DNA from: Rickettsiales bacterium
GTDB lineage: Bacteria > Pseudomonadota > Alphaproteobacteria > Rickettsiales > UBA1997
Direction of reading: 5' to 3'
NCBI GenBank assembly: GCA_049418765.1
Contig: JBMSJJ010000001.1
Location: 87,529 to 151,528 of the forward strand
DNA: 64,000 nucleotides
Translations under genes and position numbers: made by a program
In this document: in pieces, positions 41,223-48,578 of the stretch
Numbering within the stretch: position 1 is the stretch's first letter
How the letters are laid out: each line of letters begins with the position of its first letter
Notes under the pieces: generated by a model
What the model saw: only the letters and a program-made list of their open reading frames with translations
The model's database searches: none
Told to the model about the DNA's origin: nothing

Positions 41223-41999
41223 TTGTTGGATAAATTCATTAATGATGATGGCGAAAATGATTTAAAAAATTTATTTTTAATCAATGATTTTATAAATTTA
41301 CAACAAAATAAATATAGCGAATTCAAGGCAACTTATGCTTATGAAAAACTTCCAATTTTTTTATGGGAAATTGATTCGCTAACGAGCCTTAACTTTTCTT
41401 CTGCTTGTCAAATATCGCCTCCAAAAAATTTATCAAATTTAAGTAATTTAACTTTTTTAAATTTAGCAAATTGTAAAATCGATGATTTTGATTTTTTAAA
41501 ATCAATTCATAATTTAATTTTTTTAAATATTGCCAATACTTCGCTTAGACATATTCCAGAAGCATTTAGGGGTTTACAAAAATTAAAAATTTTAAATCTA
41601 TCAAATAATCCAAATATTCTTGAAGGTGAGGGTTTGACCACTTATCAAAAAATCCAAAATTGTGATGATTTAAAATTTCTCTCAATAAGAAATAATGCCC
41701 TAGATATTATGCCTCCAGCGGTTTTGCAAATAAAAGAAATTGAGGCAATTGATTGTCGAGAAAATTTGATTTACGAATATGATGATTTGCAAAAGCTCAC
41801 AAATTTGCAGGGGTTCTATCATGATCCTATGCGTGATTCAAGGCAATTATCCAAGTTTTTTGGAGTTATAAAAAATATAAATTTAATCAGATCTAGTTTA
41901 TTTTTGATGCATTATGGTCCAATTTATGGAATACCTATTTCATTTCAAGGGCAATCCTTAATAACTCTGGATTCAGCGGGTTTTGCTAAGAGAATGTAA
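41223..41999 (+). CDS. leucine-rich repeat (LRR) protein, eukaryote-like; candidate effector
   Basis: 258 aa with at least 6 LRR units (LTSLNFSS, LSNLTFLNLANCKI, IHNLIFLNIANTSL, LQKLKILNLSNN, LKFLSIRNNAL, IEAIDCRENLI). The only in-frame starts are TTG at 41223/41226, and there is no ATG until far downstream. No signal peptide. Confidence 0.7.
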   Translation: MLDKFINDDGENDLKNLFLINDFINLQQNKYSEFKATYAYEKLPIFLWEIDSLTSLNFSSACQISPPKNLSNLSNLTFLNLANCKIDDFDFLKSIHNLIFLNIANTSLRHIPEAFRGLQKLKILNLSNNPNILEGEGLTTYQKIQNCDDLKFLSIRNNALDIMPPAVLQIKEIEAIDCRENLIYEYDDLQKLTNLQGFYHDPMRDSRQLSKFFGVIKNINLIRSSLFLMHYGPIYGIPISFQGQSLITLDSAGFAKRM

Positions 42000-42152
42000 G
42001 AGGTTGAATCGGCGAATTTTAAAATACCTAAACCATCAAATACTCCAAAGGATTTGGTTACAGAAATGCTGGAAACTGGAGGCAGATTGCTTGCAATATA
42101 AAAACGAATTTTTAAAATAGTTTTACTTAAAAAAAATATAATTTTTACACAA

Positions 42153-44792
42153 ATGCAAGAGATAATTTCAAATTACAACCACCAATCAACTGAAAAAAAA
42201 TGGCAAAATGAATGGGCGAAAACTGAAGTTTTTAAATTTCGCAACGACGCTTTGGCTCCAAAATTTTATGCCCTTGAAATGTTTCCATATCCATCGGGAA
42301 AAATTCACATGGGACATCTACGAAATTATACTATAGGCGATGTGGTAGCTAGATTTAAAAAGCTCAAAGGCTTCGATGTTCTTCATCCTATGGGATTTGA
42401 TGCTTTTGGTTTGCCAGCAGAAAATGCCGCATTGCAACATAAAATTCATCCAGAAAATTGGACGCTTTCAAATATTGAAAATATGCGTCAAGAATTAAAG
42501 TCGATTGGTTTGTCGATTGATTGGGAGCGTGAAGTAATAACCTGTATGCCAAATTATTACAAGCACGAACAAAAAATATTTTTGGACTTTCTGGATCAAG
42601 GATTGGCATATCAAAAAGAATCTTTTGTTAATTGGGATCCAATTGATAAAACTGTTTTAGCAAATGAGCAAGTAATTGATGGAAGAGGGTGGAGAAGTGG
42701 AGCTTTAATCGAAAAAAAGAAATTAAAACAGTGGTTTTTAAAAGTATCAGAATTTTCCGAAGAATTATTATCGGAGCTCAAAAATCTTAAGGGCTGGGAT
42801 GAAAGAGTGCTTTCAATGCAAGAAAAATGGATTGGAAAAAGTTCGGGATTGCTTATTGATTTTGCTATTAATTCGGCACCAGATTATATTTCCAAAAAAT
42901 CTCTTGAAACTGGTATCAAAATTTATACTACTCGCCCAGATACTTTGTTTGGAGCTTCTTTCCTGGCGATTTCACCGCATCATCCTTTGGCCTTAGAAAT
43001 TGCAAATCACAATGCTGAAATTAAAAATTTTATTGAAGAGTGCAATAAAAATGCGGTTGATGAACAAACCCTTGAAAAGCAAGAAAAAAAGGGTATTGAA
43101 ACCAAAATTACCGTCACAAATCCACTTGATGAAAATTCGCAATTAAATGTTTTTATTGCTAATTTTGTATTAATGGAATATGGAACTGGTGCAATATTTG
43201 GTTGCCCAGCTCACGATGCCAGAGATTTTGAATTTGCAAAAAAATATCAACAAAAAATTACTCAAGTTGTTGGTTCTAGTGACAATAAGGAGGTGCAGTT
43301 GCCTTATTTAGATGAAGGGGTAATGATTAATTCTGGTTTTTTAAATGGTCTAAAAAATCATGAGGCAAAAGAAGTGGTTTACAAATTTTTAAAAGACAAA
43401 AATATTGCTGAAAAGAAAATCAATTATCGACTTCGTGATTGGGGGGTTTCAAGGCAAAGATATTGGGGTTGTCCAATCCCTATTTTATATCTTGAAGATG
43501 GCAGAGTAGTTAAAGTTCCGGAGAGTCAACTTCCGGTTGAATTGCCTAAAGATGTTGAATTTACTGGTCTTGGAAACCCACTTGAAAATCATCCAACTTG
43601 GAAATATACCAATTATCAAGATGTTGATGGAAAAATTTACAAAGCAATTAGAGAAACCGATACCTTTGATACTTTTTTTGAAAGCTCATGGTATTTCTTG
43701 CGTTACATTTCGCTTGAAAAAAATAAAGCTTTTGATAAAGATTTAGTCGATAAGATTCTTCCAGTTGATCAATATATTGGTGGTGTTGAGCATGCAGTTT
43801 TGCATTTGTTATATTCTAGATTTTTTGTCAAAGCTTTAAAAAAATGCGGATATTTATCGGTCAGTGAGCCTTTTAAAAACCTTTTAACACAGGGTATGGT
43901 ATGCCATCATACCTTTAAAGATGAGGCTGGAAATTGGGTATATCCAAGCGAAGCTATTGAGGTAGAAAAAGATGTATTTATTCATGAAAAAACAAGGGAA
44001 AAGTTAATTAAAGGGCGCTTTGAGAAGATGAGTAAATCGAAAAAAAATGTGGTTGAGCCAATTAATATTGTCCAAAGCTATGGAGCGGATACCGCCAGAT
44101 TATTTATGTTGTCAGATACTCCAGCTTCAAGAGATTTGGATTGGTCTGAAAGTGGCATTGACGGGGCTTGGCGTTATGTCAATAGATTATGGAAATTGGC
44201 AAAAAATTTTAGCAATTTAACTAAAAATAAAAACTTCAATAAGCATTGCGACTTTAACAATCTTGATGTTTTTACCAAATCGCAATTGGAATTATTAAAA
44301 TTAAATCACAAAACAATTTTTTATATTGAAGATGAGTTGACCAAGCTCAATTTTAATCGAGCAATTGCTAAAATTCGTGAATTCACCAATTTCTTAGAAA
44401 AATATCAATTAAAAAATTTTGATGAAAATAATTTAGAGATAAAAAATGACTATGAATTATTTTATTTTTCCTTAAAGAATTTGGCAATTTTACTGTCGCC
44501 AATTACCCCTCATTTAGCCGAAGAAATTTGGTTTGAGCTTGAAAATCAGGGTTTGGTATGTGCTACAAAATTTCCAATTTTTAATACAAATTTTCTAAAA
44601 GAGGAGCAGGTTTCTATTGCAATTCAGGTTTCTGGTAAGTTAAGGGCGGTGATTGAATTAGCAAAAGATTGCCAAGAAAGTGAAGTTAAGGAAGTGGCGT
44701 TGAAGCAAGAAAATGTTCAAAAATTTTTATCAAATCAGGTTGTCAAAAAAATTATTTTTGTCCCAAATAAATTATTGAATATAGTGACTTAA
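42153..44792 (+). CDS. leuS: leucyl-tRNA synthetase
   Basis: 879 aa with [11 protein letters not shown] (HIGH) and KMSKSKKN (KMSKS), plus a bacterial-type CP1 editing domain. Confidence 0.95.
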   Translation: MQEIISNYNHQSTEKKWQNEWAKTEVFKFRNDALAPKFYALEMFPYPSGKIHMGHLRNYTIGDVVARFKKLKGFDVLHPMGFDAFGLPAENAALQHKIHPENWTLSNIENMRQELKSIGLSIDWEREVITCMPNYYKHEQKIFLDFLDQGLAYQKESFVNWDPIDKTVLANEQVIDGRGWRSGALIEKKKLKQWFLKVSEFSEELLSELKNLKGWDERVLSMQEKWIGKSSGLLIDFAINSAPDYISKKSLETGIKIYTTRPDTLFGASFLAISPHHPLALEIANHNAEIKNFIEECNKNAVDEQTLEKQEKKGIETKITVTNPLDENSQLNVFIANFVLMEYGTGAIFGCPAHDARDFEFAKKYQQKITQVVGSSDNKEVQLPYLDEGVMINSGFLNGLKNHEAKEVVYKFLKDKNIAEKKINYRLRDWGVSRQRYWGCPIPILYLEDGRVVKVPESQLPVELPKDVEFTGLGNPLENHPTWKYTNYQDVDGKIYKAIRETDTFDTFFESSWYFLRYISLEKNKAFDKDLVDKILPVDQYIGGVEHAVLHLLYSRFFVKALKKCGYLSVSEPFKNLLTQGMVCHHTFKDEAGNWVYPSEAIEVEKDVFIHEKTREKLIKGRFEKMSKSKKNVVEPINIVQSYGADTARLFMLSDTPASRDLDWSESGIDGAWRYVNRLWKLAKNFSNLTKNKNFNKHCDFNNLDVFTKSQLELLKLNHKTIFYIEDELTKLNFNRAIAKIREFTNFLEKYQLKNFDENNLEIKNDYELFYFSLKNLAILLSPITPHLAEEIWFELENQGLVCATKFPIFNTNFLKEEQVSIAIQVSGKLRAVIELAKDCQESEVKEVALKQENVQKFLSNQVVKKIIFVPNKLLNIVT

Positions 44793-45251
44793 GTTTTTTT
44801 CATAGTAAAATCAAGCCTTTGAACGATAATTAATGATTCAAAATCCATAATAAAATAATCTATTTTAATTTCTAGATTAGAGATTATTGCCTATACTTAA
44901 CCGATGATAATTTGCAATTATTTATTTTATTAGTTAAAAAAATTGATAAATGTCAATATCTTATGTTCCAATTTTGATACATTTTTTAAAATATAATAAA
45001 AATATAAAATACTATTAGGGATAATTAAATAAAAATTTCTAATATATAATTTAATAATTAAAAATAGTTTTTTTATTATTTAATTCTAATATTATATAAA
45101 TAAAATATTAAAATATTATAATTCTATTGTTATAATTATTTATTATTTAACTATATAATTATTCAAAATCTTTTTGATAACTTAAATTATATTTAATTAA
45201 ATAAATTTTATTCAATTTGATTAGAGTAATAATAACCTTTTAAAAAAAAAT

Positions 45252-46508
45252 ATGAAAAAACTAAAAACTAAAAATAAATTTTTTCCAAAAATATTATTTG
45301 GACTCAAAATAAATATTTTGCTAATTGCAAATTCATATGCTGGCGGATACTCATCTTCCTTATATTCGACCTCTGGTCTTGGAACGGCTTATAGTGGTTC
45401 GGCAACAGGTTCTCACGATATTAGTGATAGTTTTTTTAATCCAGCTGTAACTGCAGGAATGAGTAAATCCGAAGTTATTTTGTCTGGTAGTTTTTTAAAT
45501 TTATCAATTGATCCAGATTTAATGCAATCAAATCTAGCACCAGCTGGAACTGAAACCAGAAATGTTGGTGCTAAAAAATTTATTCCTGCCCTTTATGCTT
45601 CTACTCCAATTAATAAAAATATTAACCTAAATTTTGCGGTTACTACACCATTTGGTCTTGAAACCAGATATAATAGAAATTGGGTTGGTAAATATCGTGC
45701 AGTGGATAGTTCAATTTCTACTATGAACTTTAACCCGTCTCTAGCTTTCAAAATTAACGACACGCTTTCTATTGGAGCTGGATTAGTTGCTCAGCGCTAT
45801 GAAGCTGAACTTACAAAAAAAGCTATATTAAATGCCAATCCATTTGTTGAAGGCTTTGGAAGATTAAAGGGTAGTGATTGGGGATATGGATTTAATTTAG
45901 GTGCATTATATAAGATTTCTTCAAACACTAATGTTGGTGTTGGTTATCGTTCCGCAATTAAACATAATTTAAAAGGTATTACCAGTGTTAACGATAATTT
46001 GATGGTATCAAAATTCAAATCTAATACCACTACGCCTGAATCTATAACTATCGGGGCTTCTCATAATTTAACTAATGATTTACAAATTTTATCCGATATT
46101 ACCTTAACTAGATGGTCTCGATTAAAATCTTTAAGAGTGACCACCAATAATCCGCTTCTTGATTCAACTTCAAAATATAATTGGAATAACTCGGTATTAT
46201 ATTCAGTTGGTTCAAATTATAAAATCGGCAATAAAGATATTTTTAGATTTGGTTTAGCCTACGAAAAAGATGCGGTAAATGACAGAAATCGTGAACCTAC
46301 CGTTCCAAATGGCGATAAATATTGGGTAACAGCGGGTTTAAATCATAAATTTGAAAATAATTTAGAAGTTGATTTCACTTATGCTTATCAAAAATACAAA
46401 GCTAATAAAATTAATATTAACGAAATGGGAAATAATCAAGGAACCTTGGTTGGAAAATATCAGCTTAGAGCAGATGTAATTTCGTTAGCAATTAAGAAGC
46501 AGTTTTAG
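45252..46508 (+). CDS. FadL/OMPP1/TodX family outer-membrane channel for hydrophobic compounds
   Basis: 418 aa with a signal peptide. N-terminal hatch-like AGGYSSSLYSTSGLGTAYSGSATGSHDISDSFFNPA, alternating beta-strand pattern, and a C-terminal ..ISLAIKKQF aromatic terminus. Confidence 0.8.
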   Translation: MKKLKTKNKFFPKILFGLKINILLIANSYAGGYSSSLYSTSGLGTAYSGSATGSHDISDSFFNPAVTAGMSKSEVILSGSFLNLSIDPDLMQSNLAPAGTETRNVGAKKFIPALYASTPINKNINLNFAVTTPFGLETRYNRNWVGKYRAVDSSISTMNFNPSLAFKINDTLSIGAGLVAQRYEAELTKKAILNANPFVEGFGRLKGSDWGYGFNLGALYKISSNTNVGVGYRSAIKHNLKGITSVNDNLMVSKFKSNTTTPESITIGASHNLTNDLQILSDITLTRWSRLKSLRVTTNNPLLDSTSKYNWNNSVLYSVGSNYKIGNKDIFRFGLAYEKDAVNDRNREPTVPNGDKYWVTAGLNHKFENNLEVDFTYAYQKYKANKININEMGNNQGTLVGKYQLRADVISLAIKKQF

Positions 46509-46647
46509 GAATTAATTTGTGATTAAATAACTTTTTATTCAAAGCATTCAAATTATTGCAAGAAAATAAATTTTAACCATATTGTTTTAATTAAGTTCAA
46601 AAATATTCAGCATAAAGTTTTTTGATTATTTATGAAATTGATAGAAA

Positions 46648-46685
46648 TTCAATTGATTGATAATTTTTATAATCAATCAATTGAA
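46648..46685. promoter_or_regulatory. perfect 14-bp inverted repeat with a 10-nt spacer (candidate operator or hairpin)
   Basis: ttcaattgattgat (46648-46661), spacer aatttttata, then atcaatcaattgaa (46672-46685). Located in the 620-bp spacer between fadL-like and ORF 47130. Confidence 0.5.
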
Positions 46686-46722
46686 CTATCAGCTCCATTA
46701 TATTGGAGATTGATTTTAAATT

Positions 46723-46744
46723 CAAATATTTGGCCAAATATTTG
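46723..46744. promoter_or_regulatory. 22-bp perfect palindrome made of two tandem CAAATATTTGG half-palindromes (candidate operator)
   Basis: caaatatttggccaaatatttg equals its own reverse complement. It lies 38 nt downstream of the 14-bp inverted repeat, with a small ctcca-N6-tggag hairpin (46693-46708) between them. Confidence 0.5.
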
Positions 46745-47129
46745 GTATTTAAAATTTAAGAAATTTAATTCATTTTAGAAATTTCAGGACCTCTAATTTT
46801 GAATAAAATATATTACCACAAAAAATATCAAATTAACCTTTTTAAAACTAAATCATTGCTTTTTAAGGTAATATTTCAAATTTTGCCTAAAACTAACCTA
46901 TTGTTTAGTTGTTTTTGGTTTAGATCTGGTTTTTTGGATTTTGCGTTAAGTAATATCGATATCAGCCACGGAATTAAGTTGGTTAAAAAATTAAGTTTAT
47001 GTTTTTTAAGATAATCTTAAAAAAAATGCAACAAAGAATTTTAAATTTAACAAATTCTTAATTTTTAAAAATAATGATATTTTTATAAAAAAATATCTTG
47101 AAATTAAACCAAATTAAAAAATTTATCAT

Positions 47130-48563
47130 ATGGAAAATTTAAATCATAAAAATAAGGCACTCGTAAATTCTCGAAATCAAATCAATTCTCAATTTATTTT
47201 AGATTCATCTGATGCATGGGAAATTGATAAGGAAAAGAGGTTCAATCTTGACAAATTAAACGCTCGCTTTAGGGAGTCGATTCCTGTCCTTGATTTCCTT
47301 GATTGGAGAATTGAAAACATTAAAAGAGGCTATGCTGAAACGGTCTTGCCTTTAAATGTTGCCTCTTCAAATCAATATATAACACATCAGGCGGCATTAA
47401 TGTTGCTATCTGCAGATTATACGGGCGGTATAGCATTGGCAACATTATTTCATCTTGCGCCAATTGTTGGTTTCTTTGAGGTCTTTGATGAATATGCAAT
47501 TTATATGTGGGGTGCCAAATCAACTATTCGTTGGATTTGTCCAAGTACCTCTGATTTGATTTGTAGGTCAACGATACCCGAAGAATCTCGTGAAGTTTTG
47601 GTCAACAGAATGAATGCTAGTAAAAAAGTTTTATTTACAGGAAAGGTTGAAATGTTTAATGGCACTAAATTAGTCGCCGATTGTGATTTCACTTATTGGG
47701 CTGAAGATATTCATGGTCTTAGAAAGAAAGCCATGGATACTGATAAAATTGAAGTTTTATACGAGCATAAATTAAAGACTACTGCCAAGTTAATTTCAGG
47801 ATTCAGGGCTCTGGAGCAAGAAGAGGGAGAGTCTCGTCTTGATGATCCATTTGCTTCGGTTATTGCTGGAAAGCACGGCATTACATTAGCTAAAAGATTT
47901 AAAAAGCACACCCCGCAAATTCAAGATATGGTTGTTGCCAGAGCTAAACATCTTGATAATGCAGTTTTGGATTTTATTAAGGATAAAGAATCTTATAATA
48001 TTGTTAATATTGGTTCGGGATATGATAATAGATTTATTAGATTAGATCTTTCTAAAGGCAATATTTATGATCTGGATTTGCCAACAATGTTAAAAGATCG
48101 TGACAAAATTTTTAATATTTCTACTAGAGAAAATGTTAAATTAGTTCCAATTGATTTAATTACTCAAGATATTGAAGAGGTTTTGTCAAATCCAGCAACT
48201 GGATTTAATAAAGACTTGCCAACCTTTTTTATTTGGGAAGGGGGGTCAATGTATTTTGGTCAAAATGAAATTAACAAAATTTTTAAAGCATTTTCTAAAT
48301 TATTAAATAAAAATAATAGATTATGGTTTGACTATGTATTATCCGATATTATTCTTGATAAAACTAATATTAAAGAAATTGAGGATTTTATGAAATCAAT
48401 GAGAATAATGGGAGAAGCCTTTATTAATGGCTTTAAAGACATTAATCTTTTTGCAAAAAAATATAATTTAGAAGTTTTGAATAATGAAAAATCTTCAAAA
48501 ATTCTTAATATTGATCAGCCTCATTTTGAATATTATAATTTTTGTATCGTGTCAAAAAAATAA
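47130..48563 (+). CDS. fusion protein: N-terminal hotdog-fold (PaaI/DUF4442-like thioesterase) domain plus C-terminal SAM-dependent carboxyl O-methyltransferase (LCM/TIGR00027-like)
   Basis: 477 aa. Residues about 50-200 read LDWRIENIKRGYAETVLPL..THQAALMLLSADYTGG..LICRSTI..KVEMFNGTKLVADCDFTYW, a hotdog pattern. Residues about 235-477 read DPFASVIAG.., YNIVNIGSGYDNRFIRL (motif I, compare vvnLGAGlDtR) and PTFFIWEGGSMYF (compare EGvlmYL). Confidence 0.65.
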   Translation: MENLNHKNKALVNSRNQINSQFILDSSDAWEIDKEKRFNLDKLNARFRESIPVLDFLDWRIENIKRGYAETVLPLNVASSNQYITHQAALMLLSADYTGGIALATLFHLAPIVGFFEVFDEYAIYMWGAKSTIRWICPSTSDLICRSTIPEESREVLVNRMNASKKVLFTGKVEMFNGTKLVADCDFTYWAEDIHGLRKKAMDTDKIEVLYEHKLKTTAKLISGFRALEQEEGESRLDDPFASVIAGKHGITLAKRFKKHTPQIQDMVVARAKHLDNAVLDFIKDKESYNIVNIGSGYDNRFIRLDLSKGNIYDLDLPTMLKDRDKIFNISTRENVKLVPIDLITQDIEEVLSNPATGFNKDLPTFFIWEGGSMYFGQNEINKIFKAFSKLLNKNNRLWFDYVLSDIILDKTNIKEIEDFMKSMRIMGEAFINGFKDINLFAKKYNLEVLNNEKSSKILNIDQPHFEYYNFCIVSKK

Positions 48564-48578
48564 CTAAAATATTACATA

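Noticed and set aside
42001-42152. Minus-strand open frame (..IASNLPPVSSISVTKSFGVFDGLGILKFADSTSYILLAKPAESRVIKDCP) overlapping the LRR gene 3' end.
   Set aside because: It has no plausible start codon, is shorter than 90 codons and has no recognisable motif. The plus-strand in-frame continuation of the LRR ORF explains the coding-like composition more simply.
46799-47014. 71-aa ORF (TTG start) in the 620-bp spacer upstream of the methyltransferase gene.
   Set aside because: It has a non-ATG start, a K/F/L-rich low-complexity sequence and no motifs. It is most likely a chance ORF in AT-rich DNA. A small regulatory peptide cannot be strictly excluded.
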